Below are positions 29,204-39,201 of a stretch of 64,000 nt of DNA, piece after piece. The stretch's first letter is position 1; each line of letters starts with the position of its first letter. The stretch covers positions 51,073 to 115,072 of the forward strand of contig JAJZRO010000007.1 in assembly GCA_021802645.1 (NCBI GenBank), in the 5' to 3' direction. The notes beneath the pieces are model-generated. The model had not been told where the DNA came from. It searched no databases and saw only the letters and a program-made list of their open reading frames with translations. The position numbers and the translations under genes are program-made. This DNA is from Deltaproteobacteria bacterium. GTDB taxonomy: Bacteria; Desulfobacterota; Desulfobulbia; Desulfobulbales; Desulfurivibrionaceae.

Positions 29204-30094
29204 TCAGCTGAGTTGATAGCGGGTGAAGGTGATGGATTCGATCGGGGTATCGGCCCACTGTTTTTCGAGCCAGGCGCGGAGGTCCCGCTGGAGATCCCCA
29301 CGGGCCAGTTGGTAACGGCGGAGCTCGGTGACGGTCCGATTGGCGAAGAACTGGTAGATGATGTCCCGGGCCACCGCCTCCTTAGCGGGCGGCAGGTCTT
29401 CCTCTGCGCCGAGCATGGTATTCAGAGTCAGGTCGATCTGCACGAAGAGCAGCGGCCCGCTCTCTTTGGCGTTGTCCCGGACGGGGATGAAAAAATCGTT
29501 GAGGACGAGTTTTTTGTGCACCTTCTCCGGCACGGCGGGCACCCCACCAGTCTGGGGCGCCCCGGCCCCTTTGCTCACGGCAACCGGAGAAAGACTGCTG
29601 GGCGGAGGCACTTTGGGTGTCGCCTGGGGCAGGAGGAGCCAGATGGCAGTGGTGGCCACGATGGGCAGGAGCAGGAGCAGCGCAAGAACCATGAGTTGGC
29701 TGCGGACCGGCAGCGCGGTGAAGCGCTGCCACAGCAAGCGCGGAAGCGAAAGCAGGGCGGTAGGCAGGGTGATGATTTTGGCGACGAGCCCCTGGAACGG
29801 GGCCAGCGAGAGCCCAGGCAAGAGCGGTTTGCCGGAAGCGCCGGCAGCGGGTTGGGCTGCGGCCTCGGCCAGCGCCTTTTCCAGGGTCGCGTCGGCAGCG
29901 GCGCTTGGGGTGGTACCCTTGGTGGCTTCTTCTTCGAGGAAAAATTCTTCGTCGGCCCCGGCGAAGAAGCTGTCGTCCTCGGCCTGGAAGGCGGATTCCC
30001 AATCGGCCCCCCAGTCGGTGTCGGTGTGTTCGGGTGCGGCAGGGGTGCCGCTTTTGTCGGGGACGTTTGGGGTGGGCCGGGCTTCCTCAGCCAT
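29204..30094 (-). CDS. FliL-like flagellar basal-body-associated protein with a long acidic N-terminal extension
   Basis: 296 aa. The C-terminal ~100 aa (LNDFFIPVRDNAKESGPLLFVQIDLTLN...RDIIYQFFANRTVTEL...RDLRAWLEK...IESITFTRYQL) resemble the FliL periplasmic domain. There is a single TM helix (LMVLALLLLLPIVATTAIWLLL), and the gene starts 9 nt after cheY. Confidence 0.55.
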   Translation of the reverse strand: MAEEARPTPNVPDKSGTPAAPEHTDTDWGADWESAFQAEDDSFFAGADEEFFLEEEATKGTTPSAAADATLEKALAEAAAQPAAGASGKPLLPGLSLAPFQGLVAKIITLPTALLSLPRLLWQRFTALPVRSQLMVLALLLLLPIVATTAIWLLLPQATPKVPPPSSLSPVAVSKGAGAPQTGGVPAVPEKVHKKLVLNDFFIPVRDNAKESGPLLFVQIDLTLNTMLGAEEDLPPAKEAVARDIIYQFFANRTVTELRRYQLARGDLQRDLRAWLEKQWADTPIESITFTRYQLS

Positions 30095-30103
30095 GGCGGT
30101 TCA

Positions 30104-30487
30104 TCAGCTGCCGAAGATTTTCTGTAGTTTCTCGGCCAGGGTTTCCGCGGTGAAGGGCTTGACGATGTACTGGCTCACCTTGGCCTTGACCGCGAGGATG
30201 ATGTTGTCCTGCTGGGCCTCGGCGGTGACCATGATGAAGGGGGTGTTGGCCATGCTGGAATCGGCGCGTACCGCCTTGAGCAGGTCAAGGCCCGTCATCT
30301 TCGGCATGTTCCAGTCGGAGATGATGAGGTCGATCTTCTCCGCCTTGAGCACATCCAGGGCGGTGGTGCCGTCGTCCGCCTCAATGACGTTTTTGTAGCC
30401 GAGTTGGGTGAGGATATTTTTAACGATGCGTCGCATGGTGGCGAAGTCGTCAACGACCAGAACCTTCATGTTGGGATTTGCTGCCAT
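30104..30487 (-). CDS. cheY: chemotaxis response regulator CheY
   Basis: 127-aa single REC domain reading KVLVVDDFATMRRIVKNIL...LIISDWNMPKMTGLDLL...IMVTAEA...YIVKPFT, all CheY hallmarks. Confidence 0.9.
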   Translation of the reverse strand: MAANPNMKVLVVDDFATMRRIVKNILTQLGYKNVIEADDGTTALDVLKAEKIDLIISDWNMPKMTGLDLLKAVRADSSMANTPFIMVTAEAQQDNIILAVKAKVSQYIVKPFTAETLAEKLQKIFGS

Positions 30488-30686
30488 AGTTCCTCCCTGT
30501 TCCGCTCGGCGCTACGGGGCTGCCGTAAATCTTCGATCCCGGCGATGAGGCAGAGTGCGGGGAAAGCGCCGGGGTCATTATTTTTGAAAATAAAAAAAGC
30601 TAGTTACAATTATCTCTTTTTTTAAAGAATGCGACGCGGAAAAACAACTCTTTTTTGAAAAAATGGCGGATGGCAAGGCAAGAAAG

Positions 30687-31472
30687 CTAGGCGTCGAGGA
30701 CCTTCCGGAGTTTGGTGCGCAGGCGCAGCATGGCTTTGCTGTGCATCTGGGAAATGCGTGATTCGGTATAGCCCATCACCTCCCCGATCTCTTTCATGGT
30801 GAGGTCTTCCTGGTAGTAGAGGGCGACGGTGAGCTTTTCCTTTTCCGGGAGGTCTTCAATGGCCTTGGTCAGAATCTCCCGGACCTGGGCAAGGTTGAGG
30901 GCAGTGAAGGGGTCACGGTCATCCTGGGTGAAGATGTCGATGAGGTTCGTCTCTGCCTCGTCGGTGGTTTTCTGGCGCACATACTCGATGTCGAGAAAGG
31001 TGACCGATTTGGTTTCGTCGAGGAGTTTGTAGAAGTGGTCCAGTTCGAGGCCCAGTTCCTCGGCCACTTCTTCGTCGGTGGCGGGGCGGCCGAGCCGTTT
31101 TTCGACGTCCGCGTAGGTTTTTTCCAGATCGGTGATCTTGCGGCGCACCGAGCGGGGGACCCAGTCCAGGGCCCGCAGTTCGTCGAGCATCGCGCCTTTG
31201 ATGCGGAATTCGGCATAGGTCTTGAACTGGACGTTCTTGGTGACATCGAACTTGTTGATCGCGTCGATGAGGCCGATGATGCCGCAACTGATCAGGTCGT
31301 CCACCGAGACCTGGGGGGGGAGGCGGGCGACCAGCCTCGTGGCGATGTACTTGATCAGCGGCGTATAGGTCATGATCAACTCGTCCCGTTTGGCGGGGTC
31401 GAGCTGTTCATTGGGCGTGAAATAGGCGCTGGTGTAGTCCCGGAACTTGGGGGACTGCGGTTTGGTCGTCAT
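30687..31472 (-). CDS. fliA: flagellar RNA polymerase sigma factor FliA (sigma-28)
   Basis: Start at ATG 31472. Region 2 is (DDLISCGIIGLIDAINKFD...FKTYAEFRIKGAMLDELR), and region 4 is (LTVALYYQEDLTMKEIGEVMGYTESRISQMHSKA). It follows flhF-flhG. Confidence 0.9.
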   Translation of the reverse strand: MTTKPQSPKFRDYTSAYFTPNEQLDPAKRDELIMTYTPLIKYIATRLVARLPPQVSVDDLISCGIIGLIDAINKFDVTKNVQFKTYAEFRIKGAMLDELRALDWVPRSVRRKITDLEKTYADVEKRLGRPATDEEVAEELGLELDHFYKLLDETKSVTFLDIEYVRQKTTDEAETNLIDIFTQDDRDPFTALNLAQVREILTKAIEDLPEKEKLTVALYYQEDLTMKEIGEVMGYTESRISQMHSKAMLRLRTKLRKVLDA

Positions 31473-31527
31473 GGTGGTGTGACACGCCCTGGGTGGCAAC
31501 GGTTGTTTCCCTTCCAATGAAATTATA

Positions 31528-32403
31528 TTACAGCGCAAAAAGTCCCTGCCAGAAAAATTTGATATTGCCATCGTTTTGCAACGTTGGCCGTTCCGCGGCC
31601 AGTTGTCGCGAGACTTTGGCGAGCATCCTGCTTGCCGCGGCATCAGGATAGAGTTCGCTGACCAGCTTTTGCGCCCGCACCGCCTGCGGCAGTTTGGCGT
31701 CATAGGGGATGTGGCCCATGAAATCGAGCGACAGGGTGTCGAGGAAGCGGTCGGCCACCACGCTCAGTTTGCGGAAGACCGCCATGGCCTCCTTTTCCGA
31801 GCGGGCCTGATTGACCAGGATGCGGAATTTTTTGACGTCGTGCTTGCTCGACAGCACCTTGATCAGCGCGTAGGCGTCGGTGAGCGAGGTCGGTTCCGGA
31901 GTGAGGATGATGATGCGCTCCTGGGCGGCCAGGTTGAAGTAGACCACATTGTTGTTGATGCCGGCGGCGGTATCGACCAGCAGGATATCGATTTCACCGG
32001 CCAGGGTCTCCATTTCGGCGAGGAAGTAGAGGCGCTGGTTTTCGGTCAGATCGGCCAGTTCGAGGATACCGGAGCTGGCGGGCAGGATCTTGAGGCCGCC
32101 GGGGCCCTCCACCAGGATTTCGGCCAGGGTCTTTTCGCCGGTAAAGACGTGGTGGAGATTGAACTTGGGGGTGAGCCCCAGCAGGATGTCGACATTGGCG
32201 AGGTTGAGGTCGGCGTCGAGCACCAGGGTCCGCTTGCCTTCCTTGGCCAAGGCGTAGGCCAGGTTGGTGACGATGTTGGTCTTGCCGACCCCGCCCTTGC
32301 CGCTGGTGACGGCAATGACGCGCGGGGGGGCGGTCTTGGCGCCGACGCCGCCTCGCTTGGGGGTGCGGTGCATGATTTTTTCCAGGGTTGCCGCTTGGCT
32401 CAT
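31528..32403 (-). CDS. flhG: MinD/ParA-family ATPase FlhG (flagellar number regulator)
   Basis: 291 aa with the deviant Walker A VTSGKGGVGKTN. Position between flhF and fliA. Confidence 0.85.
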   Translation of the reverse strand: MSQAATLEKIMHRTPKRGGVGAKTAPPRVIAVTSGKGGVGKTNIVTNLAYALAKEGKRTLVLDADLNLANVDILLGLTPKFNLHHVFTGEKTLAEILVEGPGGLKILPASSGILELADLTENQRLYFLAEMETLAGEIDILLVDTAAGINNNVVYFNLAAQERIIILTPEPTSLTDAYALIKVLSSKHDVKKFRILVNQARSEKEAMAVFRKLSVVADRFLDTLSLDFMGHIPYDAKLPQAVRAQKLVSELYPDAAASRMLAKVSRQLAAERPTLQNDGNIKFFWQGLFAL

Positions 32404-32418
32404 GGCCTCTCCTTTCGC

Positions 32419-33600
32419 TTATTGCAGCCAGGCCTGGCGGCCGGCAACGGTGTCGGTATGCTGCATCGCCGCCTGCCATCCCTTGCCGAACAAGGTGCCG
32501 AGGAACTCCTTGCTCGCCGGCAGGAAATCCTCCGGCACCCGTTGGCCGGTGCAGAGGCAGCTGACCGGCAGGGCCGAGGCGGCGATCTGCTGGCAGAGGA
32601 CGGCGTAGGCCCTGGTCTCGTCGAGCTTGGTCACGATGAGCCCGTGTACCTTGAGGGGTTGGTAGGTGTCGAGGATCTGCTGGAGGTCTTCCTTTTTGGC
32701 GGTGGCGCTTACCACCAGATACGTGTCAATGGTTTGACCGGCAGCGAACCAGGTGGCGAGTTCGCGGACATGGCCGGGGTCAAACGGACTGCGGCCGGCG
32801 GTGTCGATGATGATGAGATCCTTGTCCTGATGCTTTTTGAGGGCGCTGGCCAGATCCTGAGGGCGCAGGGTGACTTCGCAGGGCAGCCGCATGATCCGGG
32901 CGTAGGTGCGGAGCTGTTCGGTGGCGCCGATGCGGTAGCAGTCCATGGAAAGGAGTGCTACCCGGCACTGCTGATGGATGCTGAACCAGGCCGCGATCTT
33001 GGCGGCGGTGGTAGTCTTGCCGACCCCGGTGGGGCCGACCAGGGCGATGACGGTCGGGCCATTCCGGCGCTTGAGCGCCAATGGTTTGGCCTGCAGGCGT
33101 TCGATGAGCTGGTCGCGCCACTGGGCCACGTCTTCGGGGCGTGGTTTGGCGCGGTGCTGGTCAGAGACCGCCCGTGGCGGCGCTTTGACGGTCGTCCTTG
33201 CCGGCGGCAGATCGTTGTGGCGCAACCGTAGCAGGTCGGCAAAGCGGCGGTGCAGATCCTGGGCCTCCTGGCTGGAGGGGAGATCGTCGCTTGCGGTCAT
33301 GGCTGCGGCGCCAAGGCGTCCGTGGGCCGGGGCGGCGGGCGGCGGTTCATCGGCCGGCAGATAGGCGGGGTAACCGTAGCGACGACCTCCCTCGCGAGGG
33401 GGAGGCGGTTCGACCCGCACGCAGGGCTCGGTGTCAAAATCCACCGCAGCCACCACCTCGACCAGGGGGGTGTCGCGGTGTCCGGCCTTGGCGCTGCGCA
33501 GGGTGCGGGTGGAGAGAATCACCGCCTCCGTGCCCAGCTCCTCCTTGACGAGGGCAAGGGCTGCCTTGGTGTCGCGAGCTTCGAAGCGTTTGACCTTCAT
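32419..33600 (-). CDS. flhF: flagellar biosynthesis GTPase FlhF
   Basis: 393 aa with SRP-type GTPase motifs (LVGPTGVGKTTTAAKIA, DTAGRS, TKLDET). Position after flhA. Confidence 0.9.
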   Translation of the reverse strand: MKVKRFEARDTKAALALVKEELGTEAVILSTRTLRSAKAGHRDTPLVEVVAAVDFDTEPCVRVEPPPPREGGRRYGYPAYLPADEPPPAAPAHGRLGAAAMTASDDLPSSQEAQDLHRRFADLLRLRHNDLPPARTTVKAPPRAVSDQHRAKPRPEDVAQWRDQLIERLQAKPLALKRRNGPTVIALVGPTGVGKTTTAAKIAAWFSIHQQCRVALLSMDCYRIGATEQLRTYARIMRLPCEVTLRPQDLASALKKHQDKDLIIIDTAGRSPFDPGHVRELATWFAAGQTIDTYLVVSATAKKEDLQQILDTYQPLKVHGLIVTKLDETRAYAVLCQQIAASALPVSCLCTGQRVPEDFLPASKEFLGTLFGKGWQAAMQHTDTVAGRQAWLQ

Positions 33601-33618
33601 GGCGTTTTCCTGTCATCC

Positions 33619-35739
33619 CTATCGCTTGGGGTTGATCTCGATGGTGCCCAGCGACTTGATCCGCGTCTGCATGGTCACCTCGTTATGTGACAAAACCATG
33701 ACATGGGGCATGAACCGTTCCAGCAGCCGCCGCAAGTGGCGGCGGATCACCGGCGAGCAGAGGATGATGGGTTGGTAGCCATTGCCCGCTGCCCTTTCCG
33801 ACTCCTGCTGGATTTGTTCAAGCAAACGCTGTGCCAGATTTGGTTCGAGATTCAAAAAAGCGCCGTGGTCCGATTGCTGGATCGATTCGCGAATAAGATC
33901 TTCGGTCCGCTGGGCCAGGGTGAGGACGTTGAGGTTGCCCTCCTGGTCGGCATGGGGACTGACGAGGGAGCGCGCCAACTTTTGCCGCACATATTCGGTG
34001 AGGATGTCCGTGTCCCTGCCCATGGGCGCATGGTCGGCCAGGGTCTCGCAGATGGTCAGCAGGTCGCGGATGGAGACCCGTTCGCGCAGCAGATTCTGGA
34101 GAACCTTCTGGACCAGACCCAGCGGCAGCAGGTTCGGCACCAGTTCCTCCACCACCTTCGGATGGGTCTTGGCCAGGTTGTCGAGAAGTTTCTGGGTGTC
34201 CTGGCGGCCTAAGAGTTCGTCGGCATGGGTGCGCAGAATCTCGGTGAGATGGGTGGCCACCACGGTGGAGGGATCGACCACGGTGTAGCCGGCCACCTGG
34301 GCCTCGTCTTTCTTCTCCTCGGCGATCCACAGGGCCGGCAGATGGAAGGCGGGCTCGGTGGTGGGAATGCCCTCGATCTCGCGCTTGGCGGCGCCGGAAT
34401 CCATGGCCAGCAGGTGACCCATCATCACCTCGCCGCGGCCCACCTCGACGCCCTTCATGAGCAGCACGTACTCGTCGGGCTTGAGCTGGAGGTTATCGCG
34501 CACGTGGAGCGGCGGGATCACCAGCCCCATGTCCATGGCGAACTGGCGGCGGATGGCGCGGATGCGTTCCAAGAGATCGCCCTTCTGGTTTTCGTCCACC
34601 AGCGGGATGAGGCCGTAGCCCACCTCCAGCTCCAGGACGTCGAGCGGCAGCAACGCCTCCACCGTCTCCGGCGAGCCGGGAGCCGGGACCGCCGCGGCCT
34701 TTTTCTGTTTTTCTTCCTCCTCCTTGGCCACTTTTTCTGTGGCGCTGCGCTGGAAGGCGAGATAGGCAACGCCGCCGGTGAGGCTGCCGAGGGTGAGGAA
34801 CGCCAGGTGCGGCAGACCGGGGATGAGGCCGAAGAGGATGATGATGCCGGAGGCCACGGCCAGTGCCTGGGGCTGGAGGCCGAACTGCTTGAGGTATTCC
34901 TGGCCCATGCTGCCGTCGGAGGCGGCGCGGCTGACGATGATGCCGGCGGAAGTGGAGATGATGAGGGCCGGGACCTGAGCCACCAGGCCGTCGCCGATGG
35001 TGAGCAGGGTGTAGGTCTCGGCGGCGTTGCCGATCGCCATCTTCTGCATGAGCACGCCGATGAAGAGGCCGCCGATGATGTTGATCATCATGATGACGAT
35101 GCCGGCCACCGCCTCGCCGCGCACGAACTTGCTGGCACCGTCCATGGCCCCGTAGAATTCGGACTGGCGCGAGACCTCCTGCCGCCGCCGTTTGGCCTCG
35201 GCCTCGTTGATCAGGCCGGCGTTGAGGTCGGCGTCGATGGCCATCTGCTTGCCGGGCATGGCGTCCAGGGTGAAGCGGGCCGCCACCTCGGCGATACGGC
35301 CGGAACCCTTGGTGATGACGATGAAGTTGATCAGCACCATGATGAGGAAGATGATGAGGCCCACCGCGTAGTTGCCGCCGACCACGAACTGGCCGAAGGA
35401 CTGGATGACATGGCCCACCGAGCCGGGACCCTCGTGGCCATGGAGCAGGATGAGCCTCGTCGAGGCGATGTTCAGCGAGAGCCGGAAGAGGGTGGTGATC
35501 AAAAGGAGCGACGGAAAGGAGGAAAAGTCGAGCGGATTGGCGTTGTACATGCTGATGAGCATGATGACGAGCCCGATCGTGATGTTGAAGGAGAGCAAGA
35601 GGTCGAGCAGCAGGGGCGGCAGCGGCACCACCATCACCAGCAGGATGCCGACCACGCCCGCCGCCACGAAGAGGCTGCTCATCTCCAGGTTGATCGCCTT
35701 CATTCCCGGTGCCGCCGCTGTTGCCGTCTTATCCGCCAT
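33619..35739 (-). CDS. flhA: flagellar type III export apparatus protein FlhA
   Basis: 706 aa with RLSLNIASTRLIL, GRIAEVAARFTLDAMPGKQMAIDADL and FYGAMDGASKFVRGEA motifs. Confidence 0.97.
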   Translation of the reverse strand: MADKTATAAAPGMKAINLEMSSLFVAAGVVGILLVMVVPLPPLLLDLLLSFNITIGLVIMLISMYNANPLDFSSFPSLLLITTLFRLSLNIASTRLILLHGHEGPGSVGHVIQSFGQFVVGGNYAVGLIIFLIMVLINFIVITKGSGRIAEVAARFTLDAMPGKQMAIDADLNAGLINEAEAKRRRQEVSRQSEFYGAMDGASKFVRGEAVAGIVIMMINIIGGLFIGVLMQKMAIGNAAETYTLLTIGDGLVAQVPALIISTSAGIIVSRAASDGSMGQEYLKQFGLQPQALAVASGIIILFGLIPGLPHLAFLTLGSLTGGVAYLAFQRSATEKVAKEEEEKQKKAAAVPAPGSPETVEALLPLDVLELEVGYGLIPLVDENQKGDLLERIRAIRRQFAMDMGLVIPPLHVRDNLQLKPDEYVLLMKGVEVGRGEVMMGHLLAMDSGAAKREIEGIPTTEPAFHLPALWIAEEKKDEAQVAGYTVVDPSTVVATHLTEILRTHADELLGRQDTQKLLDNLAKTHPKVVEELVPNLLPLGLVQKVLQNLLRERVSIRDLLTICETLADHAPMGRDTDILTEYVRQKLARSLVSPHADQEGNLNVLTLAQRTEDLIRESIQQSDHGAFLNLEPNLAQRLLEQIQQESERAAGNGYQPIILCSPVIRRHLRRLLERFMPHVMVLSHNEVTMQTRIKSLGTIEINPKR

Positions 35740-35762
35740 GGCTTCTCAGTCCGTCCGCGAGG

Positions 35763-36833
35763 TTACGCGCGCTTCTTCTTGAGGCTGTACACATAGGCCA
35801 GGACCTCGGCCACCGTCTGGAAGAGGTTGGCCGGGATCGTCTCGTCCAGCTCCACGCTCTTGTAAAGGGCCTGAGCCAGAGGCTTGTTCTCCACCAGCGG
35901 AATGCCGTGTTCCGCCGCGATTTCCTTGATTCGCTGGGCGATGACCCCGGCACCCTTGGCCACTACGGTGGGGGCGGTCATGGTCAGGCCGTCGTAGCGG
36001 AGGGCGATGGCGAGCCGGGTCGGGTTGGTGATGACCACATGGGCCTTGGGCACCTCGGCCATCATGCGACGGCGGGCCATTTCCATCTGGATCGCGCGGA
36101 TGCGGCCCTTGACGTGCGGGTCTCCTTCGGTCTGCTTGGCCTCGTCCCGGATCTCCTGCTTGGTCATCTTCATCTTTTCCATGAACTGCCAGCGCTGGAA
36201 GCCGTAGTCGATGGCGGCCAGCACCGCGATGATCAGCGCCGCCTTGAGGAAGATCCAGAAGGCCACCCGACCCATGAAGGCGAGAATCTGGTAAGGCGGC
36301 TGGTCCATGAGCGGCAGGATGCCGGGGAGCGCCTTTTCCACCTCATGGTAGGCGACATAGCCGACAATGACCAGTTTGGCGATGGATTTCACCATGATGG
36401 CCAGGGTCTGCTTGGAAAAGATGTTGCTGAATCCCTTGATCGGGTTGATTTTTTCCAGATTGGGGGTGATCTTCTCGGTGGTGAAGAGCACCCCGACCTG
36501 GGCATAGTTGGCGATGAGCGCCATCACCAGGATCACCCCCATGACCGGCCCCAGGATCAGGGCGGTGGTGAGAATGGACTCCCGGGTCAGGGCGGCCATG
36601 TTGGCCGGCACGATTTCGATGGTGTGCAGATTGGCGAGAAAATGGGTCAGCATCCGGCCCATGCGGTCGAACATGTAGTCGCTGGTATAGTAGAGGGTGA
36701 TGAGCCCGGAGAGCAGCACGGCGGCGGAGGGCACCTCCATGCTTCGCGCCACGTCCCCCTTCTTGCGCGCCTCCTGCAGGCGTCGCTGGGTGGGGGCCTC
36801 GCTTTTTTCCTGGCCGGACGATTCGTCTGCCAT
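35763..36833 (-). CDS. flhB: flagellar export protein FlhB
   Basis: 356 aa with EKSEAPTQRRLQEARKKGDVARS and the NPTH-like autocleavage site (VVITNPTRLAIAL). Confidence 0.95.
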   Translation of the reverse strand: MADESSGQEKSEAPTQRRLQEARKKGDVARSMEVPSAAVLLSGLITLYYTSDYMFDRMGRMLTHFLANLHTIEIVPANMAALTRESILTTALILGPVMGVILVMALIANYAQVGVLFTTEKITPNLEKINPIKGFSNIFSKQTLAIMVKSIAKLVIVGYVAYHEVEKALPGILPLMDQPPYQILAFMGRVAFWIFLKAALIIAVLAAIDYGFQRWQFMEKMKMTKQEIRDEAKQTEGDPHVKGRIRAIQMEMARRRMMAEVPKAHVVITNPTRLAIALRYDGLTMTAPTVVAKGAGVIAQRIKEIAAEHGIPLVENKPLAQALYKSVELDETIPANLFQTVAEVLAYVYSLKKKRA

Positions 36834-36836
36834 GGC

Positions 36837-37628
36837 TTATCCTCCCATGCCGCGGGCAAGTTGGGGCAGCAGGTGGCCGAGCATGTTGTAGTTGGCCAGC
36901 ATCAGCGGCAGGAAATAGCTCAAGGAAAGACCGACAAAGATGAGACCGACGGCGATGTTCAGCGGCAGCCCCACGATCAGGATGGGAATCTGCGGCACGG
37001 TCTTGGCGATGATGCCCATGGCCACGTTGGAAAAGAAGAGGGCGGCGCTGGCCGGGGCCATGATCTTGACCGCCAGCACGAACATGTGGCCGGCGCCCTG
37101 CATGATGCCGTTGAAGGTGGCCTGGGTGATGGCGATCTTGCCCGGCGCCACCCATTGATAGCTCTCCACCAGGGTGCGGAAGAAGATGTGGTGGCCATTG
37201 GCGGCGAGAAAGAGAAGGATCGCCACCACGTTCCAGAACAGTCCCACCGGCGCGACCTGGCCTCCGAACTGCGGGTCGATGGTGCCGGCCATGCCCATGC
37301 CCATCTGGATGCCGACCATCTGGCCCGCGGTGTCCACCGCGGCGAAGAGGAAGCGGACAAAGAGCGAGAGGATGCCGCTAAAGGCAATCTCGCAGAGGAT
37401 CAAGACCACGAAGCCGAGGGCGGTGGTCGGCAGTTGCTCGGCAGTAACCGGCACCACCGGCAGCAGCACCAGCGAGGTCATCAGGGAGAGCAGAATCTTG
37501 ATCTGGGTCGGGACGCTGCCGGAGCCGAGGATCGGCATGAGGAAGAGCAGCGGCCCCACGCGGGTGAGGATCACCATGAGGCGCATGAGCTGGCTCAGAC
37601 TCCAGTTGAGCAGGGCGGTATCGACCAT
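36837..37628 (-). CDS. fliR: flagellar export protein FliR
   Basis: 263-aa polytopic membrane protein between fliQ and flhB. The RVGPLLFLMPILG pattern is present. Confidence 0.9.
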   Translation of the reverse strand: MVDTALLNWSLSQLMRLMVILTRVGPLLFLMPILGSGSVPTQIKILLSLMTSLVLLPVVPVTAEQLPTTALGFVVLILCEIAFSGILSLFVRFLFAAVDTAGQMVGIQMGMGMAGTIDPQFGGQVAPVGLFWNVVAILLFLAANGHHIFFRTLVESYQWVAPGKIAITQATFNGIMQGAGHMFVLAVKIMAPASAALFFSNVAMGIIAKTVPQIPILIVGLPLNIAVGLIFVGLSLSYFLPLMLANYNMLGHLLPQLARGMGG

Positions 37629-37643
37629 GGTTTTTCCCGCCCC

Positions 37644-37913
37644 CTACCGGATAATGGTTGGCAGACTACTGATGAGGTTGTGGGTGTAGTCCACCATGGT
37701 GGCGATCATCCAGGAGGAGAGAAAGAGCACGGTGAGCATCACCGCCACGATTTTCGGCACGAAGGTGAGCGTCATCTCCTGGATCTGGGTCACGGCCTGG
37801 AAGAGCGAGATGAAGAGGCCGACGGCCATGCCGACCAGCAGTACCGGCCCGGCAAGGAGGAGGGTGACCTTGACTGCTTCCTGGGAGATGGTGATGGCGT
37901 CCTGTGGTGTCAT
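37644..37913 (-). CDS. fliQ: flagellar export protein FliQ
   Basis: 89 aa with LLLAGPVLLVGMAVGLFISLFQAVTQIQEMTLTFVPKI. Confidence 0.93.
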   Translation of the reverse strand: MTPQDAITISQEAVKVTLLLAGPVLLVGMAVGLFISLFQAVTQIQEMTLTFVPKIVAVMLTVLFLSSWMIATMVDYTHNLISSLPTIIR

Positions 37914-37917
37914 GATG

Positions 37918-38679
37918 TTATACCCCGAAGCTTTTGACCAGTGAGCCGACGATGAGGTACCAGCCGTCCACCAGCACGAAGAGCAGCAGTTTGAATGGCA
38001 GCGACACCATGATCGGCGGCAGCATCATCATGCCCATGGAGAGCAGGATGCTGGAGACCACCATGTCGATGATGAGAAACGGCAGGTAGAGGACGAAGCC
38101 GATGGTGAAGGAGGTCTTGAGTTCGCTGATCATGAAGGCGGGGATCAGCACGGAGGTGGCGACCTCCTCGCGGTTTTTCGGTTTGGGCGCCTTGGCCAGC
38201 GAGAGGAAGAGTTCGAGATCCTTTTCCCGGGTCTGCTTGAACATGAACTCCCGCACCGGCACCAGCGCCGTGGTGAGCGCCTGTTCGGCGTTGATCTGTT
38301 CCGCCATGTAGGGCTTGACCGCGGTCTCGTTGATCTTGGTAAAGACCGGGGCCATGATGAACATGGTGAGGAAAAGGGCGAGCCCTACCAGCACCTGGTT
38401 GGGCGGCATCTGCTGGGTGCCGATGGCGCTCCGCAAAAAGGAGAAGGTCACCACCAGACGGGTGAAGGAGGTCATCATCAGCAGAATGGCCGGCGCCATG
38501 GAGAGCACGGTGAAGAGAAGCAGGATCTCGATCAGAACCGAGACCTGCTGCGGCGATTTGGCCTCGTCGACGCCCACGGAAAGGGTGGGCAGCGGCACCG
38601 CATGGGCCATGGCGGGAAGTCCGAGGAGCAGGCCGATGGCGATGAGGGCGGCGGTCAGCCGGAGACGGCGTTCAGTCAT
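37918..38679 (-). CDS. fliP: flagellar export protein FliP
   Basis: Start at ATG 38679, overlapping the fliO end. Motifs [39 protein letters not shown] and PAFMISELK. Confidence 0.93.
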   Translation of the reverse strand: MTERRLRLTAALIAIGLLLGLPAMAHAVPLPTLSVGVDEAKSPQQVSVLIEILLLFTVLSMAPAILLMMTSFTRLVVTFSFLRSAIGTQQMPPNQVLVGLALFLTMFIMAPVFTKINETAVKPYMAEQINAEQALTTALVPVREFMFKQTREKDLELFLSLAKAPKPKNREEVATSVLIPAFMISELKTSFTIGFVLYLPFLIIDMVVSSILLSMGMMMLPPIMVSLPFKLLLFVLVDGWYLIVGSLVKSFGV

Positions 38680-39184
38680 GGTTTTCTTCCTCCGTGGCCT
38701 TTTTCGCCGCCGGCCGCACCGCTCGGTCCAGGAGGGCGGCGAAACCGGAGTCGCGGCGGATGCGGCCGCTCGCCGCCGGCCTGGCACTTGTCGCTGCCGG
38801 CCGCAGCAGGCGAGAGGGATCGTCCAATCGGGTGACCAGGTTGATCTGCTGGTCGGTGACCCCGACCACCAGAACCTCGCCGCCGATCTCGACCACGGTC
38901 AGCTGCTTCTTGGGGCCGAGCATCCGGGTTTCGAGGATGTTGATCATGGCGCCTTGGCTCAGGCCGACTTTGGCGCCGAACTTGCGGAAAAGCTTGGCCA
39001 TGAGCAGCATCAGGCCAAGGATCAGCAGCAGGGCGCCGAGGGCCTTGAAGATGGCGGCCACCAGCGAAAAGGAATCTGCCCCGCTGGTGAGCGGCGCGGT
39101 GCCGTCGGCCGCCAGGACGGCGGTGGCGACGAAGGCCGGCAGCACGGCAAGGCCGGCAAACAGGGAGGGCGTCAGGCGGCGCAT
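38672..39184 (-). CDS. fliO: flagellar biosynthesis protein FliO
   Basis: 170 aa with a single TM helix ([16 protein letters not shown]), then [31 protein letters not shown]. Position between fliN and fliP. Confidence 0.7.
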   Translation of the reverse strand: MRRLTPSLFAGLAVLPAFVATAVLAADGTAPLTSGADSFSLVAAIFKALGALLLILGLMLLMAKLFRKFGAKVGLSQGAMINILETRMLGPKKQLTVVEIGGEVLVVGVTDQQINLVTRLDDPSRLLRPAATSARPAASGRIRRDSGFAALLDRAVRPAAKKATEEENHD

Positions 39185-39201
39185 CGACAGGCGTCCTTTT
39201 C

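Noticed and set aside
30508-30526. Weak sigma-54-like motif (ACGGCAGCCCCGTAGCG on the minus strand) just upstream of cheY
   Set aside because: Only the GG/GC dinucleotides match. The predicted transcription start would fall almost on the cheY RBS, and cheY is more simply read as part of the fliL-fliA transcript.
35709-37937. 742-aa plus-strand ORF opposite flhB, fliR and fliQ
   Set aside because: It is an antisense shadow ORF rich in His/Gly/Asp/Glu, and the flagellar export genes on the minus strand are unambiguous.
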